Both the position numbers and the translations under genes were made by a program. Shown piece after piece: positions 7,916 through 15,579 of a stretch of DNA of 17,800 nucleotides. The stretch is from Abditibacteriaceae bacterium (GTDB lineage: Bacteria; Armatimonadota; Abditibacteriia; Abditibacteriales; Abditibacteriaceae), in contig JANPJS010000228.1 of the NCBI GenBank assembly GCA_031425655.1, positions 1 to 17,800 on the forward strand, written 5' to 3'. Under the pieces are notes generated by a model. It did no database searches, was not told where the DNA came from, and was given only the letters and a program-made list of their open reading frames with translations. Each line of letters opens with the position of its first letter. Position 1 is the first letter of the stretch.

Positions 7916-9409
7916 ATGAAAAAAATAGTTTTCGTTTTAGGTTTTGCCGGTTTTGTTGGTTACGCCACGTTGGGCGGCCAATCGCCGAGCGTAATGCAGG
8001 CGGTTGTGGCCGATCAGCCGGCGACTTACAGCAAGGACATCGCGCCGATTTTGTTTGAAAATTGTGCGTCGTGCCATCGTCCCGGCGAAGCTGCGCCGTT
8101 TTCGCTGCTGAATTACGAGGACACCAAAAAACGCGCGCGATTAATCGCCGATGTCACCGCGCAGCGCATCATGCCGCCGTGGCACGCCGACGAAGGCAAA
8201 GAAAAATTCCGCGACGCGCATTTGCTCTCCGACGCGCAAATCGCCGTTATCAAGCGTTGGGCCGAATCGGGAGCGCCGCAGGGCGATCCCAAAGATTTGC
8301 CGCCGCAGCCGAAATTCGTCGAAGGCTGGCAGCACGGTGAGCCGGATTACATCGCCGATCCCGGCGAAGATTACAACCTCGACGCCGAAGGCCGCGACGT
8401 GTATCGCTGCTTCGTGGTGAAAACCAACTTCCCTGAAGATCGTTACGTTTCGGCGGTCGAAGTGCGCCCCGGCAACCGTAAAGTCGTGCATCATCTGCTG
8501 GCGTTTCTCGATACGTCGGGTAAGGCGCGGCAGTTGGACGAAAAAGAACCCGGCCCCGGCTATCTGTCGTTCGGCGGGCCGGGCTTTACGCCGTCGGGCA
8601 CGTTGGGCGGCTGGGCGCCGGGCAACACCACGCATCCTGCTGCCGAGGGCACCGGCTGGCTTTTGCCCAAAGGCGCCGACATCGTTTTGCAGGTGCATTA
8701 CAACAAGTCGGGCAAGCCGGAAACCGACCGCACGAAAGTCGGCCTGTATTTCGTGAAAGGGCCAGTGGAAAAGCGCGTGCGCTGGCTGACGATTGTCAAT
8801 CCGCTGTTTCGCCTGCCCGCCGGGGCCAAAGATCATACGGTGCGCGCCGTGCAAATTGTGCCGGTTGACATCACGGCGCACGGCATCATGCCGCATATGC
8901 ACTTGCTGGGAAAAACCGCCGACGTGACCGCGACACTGCCCGACGGCACCACGAAAAAGCTGGTCAGCGTGCCGCGTTGGGATTTCAACTGGCAGCAAAG
9001 CTACGCTTTCAAAGAACCGATAAAACTGCCCAAAGGCACGCGCATTGACCATGTCGCGCATTACGACAACTCGGCGGAGAATCCGCGCAACCCGGCCAAC
9101 CCACCGCGCGACGTGCGCTGGGGCGAGCAAACCACCGACGAAATGTGCCTCGCCTTTTTGCTTTACACGCCCGACGATGAGCGCTTGACCAAAGGCGAAA
9201 GCGTCGGCGCTTTGCCCGGCGATTTCGGCGGCGGAGCGCGCGGCAACCGGGGCGGCGGTGGTTTAGGCGGCGGCGGTTTGGGCGGCGGCGAAATCCTGAA
9301 GATGGCGCTGACGATGTTCGACAAAAACAAAAACGGCCAACTCGACCCCGACGAACGCGAAGAAGCCATCAAATACGCCCTCCAACTCTTCGGCACCGCC
9401 GGACAATAG
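7916..9409 (+). CDS. Secreted heme c / copper type II ascorbate-dependent monooxygenase-like protein with C-terminal EF-hand
   Basis: Signal-like N-terminus MKKIVFVLGF; CASCH heme motif and MPPW; VVHH, HY, PHMH and DEMC copper-ligand pattern; Gly-rich linker; EF-hand DKNKNGQLDPDE. Confidence 0.85.
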   Translation: MKKIVFVLGFAGFVGYATLGGQSPSVMQAVVADQPATYSKDIAPILFENCASCHRPGEAAPFSLLNYEDTKKRARLIADVTAQRIMPPWHADEGKEKFRDAHLLSDAQIAVIKRWAESGAPQGDPKDLPPQPKFVEGWQHGEPDYIADPGEDYNLDAEGRDVYRCFVVKTNFPEDRYVSAVEVRPGNRKVVHHLLAFLDTSGKARQLDEKEPGPGYLSFGGPGFTPSGTLGGWAPGNTTHPAAEGTGWLLPKGADIVLQVHYNKSGKPETDRTKVGLYFVKGPVEKRVRWLTIVNPLFRLPAGAKDHTVRAVQIVPVDITAHGIMPHMHLLGKTADVTATLPDGTTKKLVSVPRWDFNWQQSYAFKEPIKLPKGTRIDHVAHYDNSAENPRNPANPPRDVRWGEQTTDEMCLAFLLYTPDDERLTKGESVGALPGDFGGGARGNRGGGGLGGGGLGGGEILKMALTMFDKNKNGQLDPDEREEAIKYALQLFGTAGQ

Positions 9410-9410
9410 G

Positions 9411-9539
9411 ATTAAACACAAAGGCACAAAGACACAAAGCAAGCACAAAGATTTTTGAGAAAACTCTGAGCGTTAGACTTTCAGTTATCTCAATCTTTTC
9501 TTTGTGCTTGCTTTGTGTCTTTGTGCCTTTGTGTTTAAT
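9411..9539. repeat. Long intergenic hairpin, CACAAAG-unit family
   Basis: Perfect 41-bp inverted repeat ATTAAACACAAAGGCACAAAGACACAAAGCAAGCACAAAGA (9411-9451 / 9499-9539), with further imperfect pairing inside. Confidence 0.95.
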
Positions 9540-9555
9540 TCCTAAACTAACACCG

Positions 9556-10578
9556 ATGAAGATTGCAGATTTTGTTGTTGAGCCGAATTTGGTTTTAGCG
9601 CCGATGGCGGGCGTGACCAGCGCGCCGTTCCGTTTGCTGTGCCGTCGCTACGGCGCCGGGATGTCGTTCAGCGAGTTGGTGTCGTCGAGCGCGCTGATTA
9701 TGGGCGGCGAAAAGTCGAAAATCAAGTCGAATCAACTGGCGTGGTTTTCCGAAGAAGAACGCCCGGTCGCCGTCCAGATTTTCGGCGGCGACCCGGCCAT
9801 TATGCGCGACGCAGCGGCGCTTGTCGCGGCCACAAAGCCGAATGCCATTGACATCAATATGGGTTGTTCCGTGCCGAAAATCGCACGCTGCGGCGCCGGA
9901 TGTCTGCTGCTCAAAACGCCCGCACAAGCGCAGGCCGTGATTGCCGCGACGGTCGAAGGCGCGGCGCGATTTGGCGTGCCCGTGACGGTCAAAATGCGCG
10001 CCGGTTGGGACAGCGATAACATTACTGCGCCCGAAGTGGCCAAGCGTGCCCAAGATGTCGGCGCCGTTGCGATTTCGGTTCATCCGCGCACCGCAAAGCA
10101 GGCGTTCACGGGTCTGTCCGATTGGTCGGTCATTCGTCGCGTCAAGGAAAGCGTGAGCCTTCCCGTTATCGGTTGCGGCGACGTGCATAGTGGCCCCGAC
10201 GCCAAACGAATGCTTGATGAAACCGGCTGCGATGCCGTGATGATTGGCCGCGCCGCAATGGGCAATCCGTTTCTCTTCGCGCAAATCGCCCAATACCTGC
10301 GCGACGGCAGCGATGCGCCCGAACCAACTTCCGACGAGAAAATCGAAACCGCTTTATGGCACGGACGCGAATTAACAGCGCTGCGCGGCGAACACACCGC
10401 GATGAACGAAATGCGTCGCCACGCCGCGTGGTATACAAAGGGAATGCCCGAATCCTCGCGCCTGCGCGACCGCCTTTGCCGCGTTTCCACAATGACCGAA
10501 CTCGAAGACATTCTTGATGAGGCGCTTCACATCGCGCACCAATACGAAGCCCGTGACCTTGCCGGTGTTTGGAACTGA
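9556..10578 (+). CDS. dusB: tRNA dihydrouridine synthase DusB
   Basis: LAPMAGVT, VQIFG, IDINMGC, PVTVKMRAGWD, H.RT, GCGDV, DAVMIGRAAMGNP, R.H..WY.KG. The real start is most likely ATG 9556; the ORF-track extension lies in the hairpin. Confidence 0.95.
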   Translation: MKIADFVVEPNLVLAPMAGVTSAPFRLLCRRYGAGMSFSELVSSSALIMGGEKSKIKSNQLAWFSEEERPVAVQIFGGDPAIMRDAAALVAATKPNAIDINMGCSVPKIARCGAGCLLLKTPAQAQAVIAATVEGAARFGVPVTVKMRAGWDSDNITAPEVAKRAQDVGAVAISVHPRTAKQAFTGLSDWSVIRRVKESVSLPVIGCGDVHSGPDAKRMLDETGCDAVMIGRAAMGNPFLFAQIAQYLRDGSDAPEPTSDEKIETALWHGRELTALRGEHTAMNEMRRHAAWYTKGMPESSRLRDRLCRVSTMTELEDILDEALHIAHQYEARDLAGVWN

Positions 10579-10585
10579 AACTTTG

Positions 10586-11086
10586 AATAGAACGCGGAGC
10601 TTCGCTGCGCGGATTTCATGCGCGGATTTTCGCTGTCAGGAGAAAGTTGTGTTTAAACATGGTGAACTAACCGGACAGATTATCGAGACGTTTTATGCGG
10701 TTTATGGCCGATTGGGGCATGGCTTTTTGGAAAAGGTTTATGAAAACGCGCTGGCGCTGGAACTGCGTGAACGCGGGTTTCGTGTTCAGCAGCAATCACC
10801 GATTAGCGTTTTCTACAATGGCGTTCTGGTCGGCGAATATTTCGCAGATTTGCTTGTGGAAGGCTGCGTCATTGTAGAAGTCAAGGCCGTCGAGAAACTC
10901 TGTGAAGAACACTCTGCCCAGTTATTGAACTATCTTAAAGCGACCGAAATCGAGGTTGGCCTGTTGCTTAATTTTGGCCCAAAGCCCGAAACCAAACGCA
11001 AAGTTTTTGAAACCGCACGCCACAAAATCAACTGAAAACCGCGAAAATCCGCGCATGAAATCCGCGTGCAAAGCCCGCGTTCTATT
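10586..11086. mobile_element. Putative GxxExxY cassette bounded by ~50-bp inverted repeats
   Basis: Left IR 10586-10635 AATAGAACGCGGAGCTTCGCTGCGCGGATTTCATGCGCGGATTTTCGCTG; right IR 11039-11086 (reverse complement AATAGAACGCGGGCTTTGCACGCGGATTTCATGCGCGGATTTTCGCGG). The IRs are directly seen; mobility is inferred. Confidence 0.65.
10649..11035 (+). CDS. GxxExxY protein (PD-(D/E)XK-like nuclease fold)
   Basis: GTG start after AGGAG (10638-10642); GFLEKVY = GxxExxY motif; ADLLVE..VIVEVK = D...ExK; H.AQLLNYLKAT...GLLLNFG; 128 aa. Confidence 0.93.
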   Translation: MFKHGELTGQIIETFYAVYGRLGHGFLEKVYENALALELRERGFRVQQQSPISVFYNGVLVGEYFADLLVEGCVIVEVKAVEKLCEEHSAQLLNYLKATEIEVGLLLNFGPKPETKRKVFETARHKIN

Positions 11087-11095
11087 TCTCCCATT

Positions 11096-12127
11096 ATGAA
11101 AGCCTTAGTGAAAAGCCGAAGTGAGCCGGGGTTATGGCTCGAAGACGTGCCGGAGCCGGAAATCGGCATCAACGATGTGCTGATTCGCGTGGACAGAACC
11201 GGCATCTGCGGGACGGATTTGCACATCTATAATTGGGATGCGTGGGCGCAGAAAACGATTCCGGTTCCGATGGTTGTCGGGCACGAGTTCGTCGGCGAGA
11301 TTGTCGAAGTCGGCTCGAATGTGCCCGATTTTGCGCCCGGCGATGTGGTCAGCGCCGAAGGCCACGTTGTTTGCGGGCACTGCCGCAACTGTCTGGCGGG
11401 GCGGCGGCATTTGTGCGCGCATACCAAAGGCATCGGCGTCAATCGGCCCGGCGCGTTCGCCGAATATATCGCGGTGCCGCAAAGCAATGTCTGGCATCAT
11501 GCACCTGATATTGACCGCGACGTAGCCTCGATTTTCGATCCGTTCGGCAACGCGGTTCACACCGTGCTTTCGTTCAACGTGCTGGGCGAAGATGTGCTGA
11601 TTACCGGCGCCGGGCCGATTGGCTGCATGGCGGCGGCGATTGCGCGTCATGCCGGCGCGCGTTACGTGGTTGTCACCGATGTTAACGAATATCGCCTCGA
11701 TTTGGCTCGCAAAATGGGCGCGACCGTCGCGCTGAATGTGAAAACCGGCAACTTGCGCGACGCGCAGGCCGCTCTCGGCATGAAAGAAGGCTTCGATGTC
11801 GGCCTTGAGATGTCCGGCAATCCGCAGGCGCTTCACGATATGGTGGACAATTTGTGTCACGGCGGCAAAATCGCCATGCTCGGCATTCCGCCGACGCAGT
11901 TCGCCATTGATTGGAACAAAGTCGTCTTCAATATGCTGACGATTAAGGGCATTTATGGCCGCGAAATGTATGAAACCTGGTATAAAATGACGGTCATGCT
12001 GCAAGGCGGGCTGGACATCAAGCCTATCATCACGCACCGCTTCGCTTACACCGAATTTGAACAAGGCTTCGCCGCGATGAACAGCGGCCAATCGGGCAAA
12101 GTGATTCTCAATTGGAAGGCTGAATAG
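11096..12127 (+). CDS. tdh: L-threonine 3-dehydrogenase
   Basis: [30 protein letters not shown], structural Zn CGHCRNC...[21 protein letters not shown]; adjacent to kbl. Confidence 0.97.
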   Translation: MKALVKSRSEPGLWLEDVPEPEIGINDVLIRVDRTGICGTDLHIYNWDAWAQKTIPVPMVVGHEFVGEIVEVGSNVPDFAPGDVVSAEGHVVCGHCRNCLAGRRHLCAHTKGIGVNRPGAFAEYIAVPQSNVWHHAPDIDRDVASIFDPFGNAVHTVLSFNVLGEDVLITGAGPIGCMAAAIARHAGARYVVVTDVNEYRLDLARKMGATVALNVKTGNLRDAQAALGMKEGFDVGLEMSGNPQALHDMVDNLCHGGKIAMLGIPPTQFAIDWNKVVFNMLTIKGIYGREMYETWYKMTVMLQGGLDIKPIITHRFAYTEFEQGFAAMNSGQSGKVILNWKAE

Positions 12128-12257
12128 AACACGGATTTCGCGGAAACGGCCACGGATTCACGCGGATTCTCTTCCAATTATGGGTTGATGACTCAGTAAA
12201 ACCGGAATCTAAATCTGTGAAAATCCGTGGCCGTTTCCGCGAAATCCGTGTTCCATT
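12123..12257. repeat. Gene-less 135-bp hairpin related to the GxxExxY inverted repeats
   Basis: Arms 12123-12168 / 12212-12257; the outer 36 bp (AATAGAACACGGATTTCGCGGAAACGGCCACGGATT) are 35/36 complementary; begins within the tdh TAG stop. Confidence 0.9.
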
Positions 12258-12264
12258 AAAAGTC

Positions 12265-13449
12265 ATGAATCTTCAATTTCAAACTCATCTTCAGCAACAA
12301 CTCGACGCGATTCGCGCGGCGGGCACTTACAAAAGCGAGCGCGTTATTACCACGCCGCAGGACGCGCATATTAAAGTGGTGGGCGGGCGCGAAGTTTTGA
12401 ATATGTGCGCCAATAATTACCTCGGTTTGGCCGAGCATCCCGAAGTTGTCGCGGCGGCGCATCGCGCTTTGGACGAGTGGGGCTATGGTTTGTCGTCAGT
12501 GCGCTTCATTTGCGGCACGCAGAGTTTGCACAAGCAGCTCGAAGCCAAGATCAGCGAGTTCTTGGGCACCGACGACACGATTCTTTATTCGTCGTGCTTC
12601 GACGCTAACGGCGGCTTGTTTGAAACGCTGCTCGGACAGGAAGACGCCGTTATCTCCGACGAATTGAACCACGCCAGCATCATTGACGGCGTGCGCTTGT
12701 GCAAAGCGGCGCGCTTTCGCTATCGCAACAGCGACATGAGCGACTTGGAAACGCAACTGCAAGCGTCGCAAAACGCACGCTTTCGACTCATCGCCACCGA
12801 CGGTGTGTTTTCGATGGACGGCACGATTGCGAATTTAAAAGCGATTTGCGATCTAGCCGATAAATACCATGCGCTGGTGATGGTAGACGACTCGCACGCC
12901 GTCGGCTTTTTAGGCGCACGCGGACGCGGCACGCACGAGCTTTGCGGCGTGATGAATCGCGTGGATATTCTCACCGGCACGCTGGGCAAAGCTTTAGGCG
13001 GCGCCAGCGGCGGCTACACCAGCGGGCGCCGCGAAATTATCGAACTGCTGCGCCAACGCTCGCGGCCTTACTTGTTTTCCAACACGCTTGCGCCGCCGAT
13101 AGCCGGCGCATCGCTGCGCGTTTTGGAACTGCTTTCGGCTTCGACCGAACTGCGCGACAAACTCGAAGCCAACGCCAAATTCTTCCGCGCAGGCATGACG
13201 CGATTGGGCTTCAACATCGTGCCCGGCACGCATCCGATTGTGCCCGTCATGCTCGGCGATGCGGCTTTGGCCACCAAAATGGCCGACGCGCTGCTCGAAA
13301 AAGGCGTTTACGTCATCGGATTTTCGTTTCCCGTCGTTCCGCAGGGCAAAGCGCGCATTCGCGTGCAAGTTTCCGCCGCGCATTCGCACGCCGATTTGGA
13401 ATTTGCCTTGCGCGCGTTCGGTGAAGTTAAAAGTGAGATGAAACTATGA
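12265..13449 (+). CDS. kbl: Glycine C-acetyltransferase (2-amino-3-ketobutyrate CoA ligase)
   Basis: [56 protein letters not shown] lysine [19 protein letters not shown]. Confidence 0.97.
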   Translation: MNLQFQTHLQQQLDAIRAAGTYKSERVITTPQDAHIKVVGGREVLNMCANNYLGLAEHPEVVAAAHRALDEWGYGLSSVRFICGTQSLHKQLEAKISEFLGTDDTILYSSCFDANGGLFETLLGQEDAVISDELNHASIIDGVRLCKAARFRYRNSDMSDLETQLQASQNARFRLIATDGVFSMDGTIANLKAICDLADKYHALVMVDDSHAVGFLGARGRGTHELCGVMNRVDILTGTLGKALGGASGGYTSGRREIIELLRQRSRPYLFSNTLAPPIAGASLRVLELLSASTELRDKLEANAKFFRAGMTRLGFNIVPGTHPIVPVMLGDAALATKMADALLEKGVYVIGFSFPVVPQGKARIRVQVSAAHSHADLEFALRAFGEVKSEMKL

Positions 13450-13588
13450 AACACAAAGACGCAAAGACACAAAGCCAAACACGCGGGCATGAGACGGAAA
13501 GACAAGGAAATTTTGCGCCTTCTTTGCTCCGTGTCTCTTTATCTCCCCCTCTCCGTGTCCGGCTTTGTGTCTTTGCGTCTTTGTGTTT
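13449..13588. repeat. Long intergenic hairpin, CACAAAG-unit family (second copy)
   Basis: Perfect 28-bp inverted repeat AAACACAAAGACGCAAAGACACAAAGCC (13449-13476 / 13561-13588); inner purine-rich left and pyrimidine-rich right segments pair imperfectly. Confidence 0.92.
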
Positions 13589-13598
13589 AACAATCTCT

Positions 13599-14393
13599 AT
13601 GATTCAACCCTCACCAGCCGCGCCGTCGGCTGTTAATCCCAACGCGGCACGTTCGATTCATCTGGGCTATCCGGCGCCCGAAGGCACCTTGTTTTACAAC
13701 GAGGCGACCGTCGAGGAAACCGTTCCCGGCAGTTATTTCATGGCGTGCGGTTTTCACCGTGGCTACTTCGGCATTCAGGAATTGGGCGACGGCAAAAAAG
13801 TGGTCATCTTTTCGGTTTGGGATCCAACCGTCGGCGATAATCCCAACGCCGTCGCGCCGCAGCAGCAAGTGGAAGTTCTGAGTCAGGGCGAGGGCGTAGA
13901 CGTGTCGCGCTTTGGCGGCGAGGGCACAGGCGGCAAAAGTATGTGGCGCTACGATTGGAAAATCGGCAATACCTACAAATTCCTCGTCGCGGCGACCGTT
14001 GACGGCGATAAAACCACCTTCGCGGGCTACTTTTTCGTGCCCGAACAGCATCGCTGGCAACAAATGGCGACGTTTCGCACGAAAACAGGCGGCGCTCCGC
14101 TGAGAGGCTATTATTCGTTCGTCGAGGACTTCCGGCGCGACGGCAAAAGCGCCGAACAAATTCGTCGTGCGCGTTTCGGCAACGGCTGGATCAAGACTCT
14201 CACCGGCGATTGGATCGCTTTGCGCCGTGCGCGCTTCACCGCCGACGGCAACACGCAAATGCACATCAACGCCGGCGCCACCGGCGACAGTTTTTTCCTG
14301 CAAACCGGAGGCACCACGAAAAACACGCTGCCGCTGCTGTCTATTATTGAACGCCCGTTGTCCGGCCTCGATTTGCCTGAAATCACCAAATAA
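13599..14393 (+). CDS. DUF3472/DUF5077-like beta-rich protein
   Basis: ARSIHLGY, FYNE, SYFMACGF..GYFGIQE, IFSVWD, FGGEGTGG, YSFVEDF, RARFGNGW, recognised as the DUF3472 pattern; start ATG 13599. Confidence 0.8.
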   Translation: MIQPSPAAPSAVNPNAARSIHLGYPAPEGTLFYNEATVEETVPGSYFMACGFHRGYFGIQELGDGKKVVIFSVWDPTVGDNPNAVAPQQQVEVLSQGEGVDVSRFGGEGTGGKSMWRYDWKIGNTYKFLVAATVDGDKTTFAGYFFVPEQHRWQQMATFRTKTGGAPLRGYYSFVEDFRRDGKSAEQIRRARFGNGWIKTLTGDWIALRRARFTADGNTQMHINAGATGDSFFLQTGGTTKNTLPLLSIIERPLSGLDLPEITK

Positions 14394-14397
14394 AACA

Positions 14398-14721
14398 TAG
14401 GAATTACGGACTCACCTTACGCAGTGGAGTGTGATAGGCAGGTCAACCAACAAGGTGATGAGTCATTCTGAGTCCTGCCCAGAGGGCACCCGGAAGAATC
14501 TCTGCGTAAGAGCTTCCACACTCAGCATGAGCAAAAGCACCGCAGAGGCCGAGATTCTTCCGGGTGCCCTCTGGGCAGGACTCAGAATGACTCATCACCT
14601 TGTTGGTTGACCTGCCTATCACACCCCAATGCGTAAGGTGAGTTACGGAGTTGGACACGCGCCCGCCCAGAGGGCACCCGGCGTGTCCTCAACAAAAGTT
14701 GCTCCAACTCCGTAATTCCTA
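14398..14721. mobile_element. Outer MITE-like element whose left TIR is interrupted
   Basis: Removing 14411-14642 plus one TTACGGA copy restores TAGGAATTACGGAGTTGGA, the perfect reverse complement of TCCAACTCCGTAATTCCTA (14703-14721). Confidence 0.75.
14411..14642. mobile_element. 232-bp fold-back MITE-like element with target-site duplication
   Basis: 92-bp arms (14411-14502 / 14551-14642), 90/92 complementary, 48-nt loop; flanked by the direct repeat TTACGGA (14404-14410 / 14643-14649). Confidence 0.85.
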
Positions 14722-14832
14722 AAAACCAAAGTCAACAATTGCACTTCGCCATGCAAATTTTGACTTTGCGGCACTGTTAGGATACTCGCGCTTTCGGCCA
14801 TAACCGATGCATCTTGCAGGGGAGGGACGCTG

Positions 14833-15117
14833 ATGCATCCGATTGTAATTCTGTTTCTGCTGTTCGCCGCACTGGGCGGAATGGGCTATTTGTGGACGAC
14901 GAAATCTGCGCCGCTACTTGGCCCCTTAGCGGCTTTGCGCGCACGTTTTGGGCTGTCCGATCATCTCGTCGTCACATTTGTAATTGGCGTTGTCGCGCTC
15001 TGGGTTCTTTATCAAATCTATGTGGTCATTCGCACCGCGACCCTCAATCGTCAGGCGAATACGCGACTGCGCGAAAGCAGCAAAACGCAAGACAGCCAAT
15101 ACACCAATCGCCGTTAA
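14833..15117 (+). CDS. Small hypothetical membrane protein (2 TM helices)
   Basis: GGGAGG RBS upstream of the ATG; two hydrophobic helices and a basic C-terminal tail. Confidence 0.6.
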   Translation: MHPIVILFLLFAALGGMGYLWTTKSAPLLGPLAALRARFGLSDHLVVTFVIGVVALWVLYQIYVVIRTATLNRQANTRLRESSKTQDSQYTNRR

Positions 15118-15356
15118 AGCTGGTCGTGCGACTGTTAATCCACTCCAACATAGCTCTTTCCCTGCCGCAATCGTGTTAATTCGATGGGCGAAGGTCTTCC
15201 TCGCCAGCCTCGCTTTATTGATGAAGACTTTCGCCTTTAATTCATCGCTTGCCAAAAATCATAAAGCGGCACATAATGAATGGCGCCGTTTGGTTGGGCA
15301 TTATTCCGTTTGTATGAGCTTTGCTTTTCGCCGCAACCAAACTCAATAGTCGCTCT

Positions 15357-15503
15357 ACAGCTTGCTTTATTCAGCAAACAGCTTGCTTTGCTCAACAAAC
15401 AGCTTGCTCTACGAGGCACTTAGCGTTTCTTTGGCGGCAATTAGTGTGTTTTGAGCAACAAGCATCCTGCTTGAACACGATGTCTCACTGCTCCCGCTTT
15501 CAT
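15357..15503. repeat. Degenerate 21-nt tandem repeat tract
   Basis: ACAGCTTGCTTTATTCAGCAA / ACAGCTTGCTTTGCTCAACAA / ACAGCTTGCTCTACGAGGCAC followed by ~4 decayed units in the same phase. Confidence 0.7.
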
Positions 15504-15579
15504 GCGGAGCAAGCGAATAGCGTTTGCATTTGTTGTTTCTGGCGTGAAACGTAAAAGCAATATTAAGCAGGAGGCTATG

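Noticed and set aside
9226..9291. GGC-rich repeat as a separate element
   Set aside because: It encodes the in-frame Gly-rich linker of the monooxygenase-like protein.
9411..9539. Intergenic hairpins as ordinary rho-independent terminators
   Set aside because: The stems are 28-46 bp with long loops, belong to repeated families, and lack a clear downstream U-tract; some terminating activity cannot be excluded.
9502..9555. N-terminal extensions in the ORF track (dusB MCLLCVFVPLCLI; likewise GxxExxY from 10514, tdh from 11066, kbl from 12217, DUF3472 from 13446, aminotransferase from 4935)
   Set aside because: They are translations of the palindromic elements; the same peptide appears on the opposite strand (9263-9448), and family similarity begins at the later starts.
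10575..11096. Target-site duplication around the GxxExxY cassette
   Set aside because: The flanks CTTTG| and |TCTCC share no direct repeat, so a classical DDE-type insertion is unsupported.
8141..12091. Long antisense ORFs (8141-9130, 9595-10293, 11132-12091) and similar shadow ORFs elsewhere
   Set aside because: They lie opposite well-supported genes, lack motifs, and are expected in GC-rich DNA.
14391..14728. Target duplication for the outer MITE-like element
   Set aside because: TAAAACA vs AAAACCA is only a loose A-rich similarity.
14760..14786. Sigma70 promoter TTGACT...GATACT for the 14833 ORF
   Set aside because: The spacer is only 15 bp and the -10 is imperfect; too weak to call.
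15357..15503. CRISPR array
   Set aside because: Units are contiguous 21-mers with no spacers, they decay quickly, and no cas genes are present.
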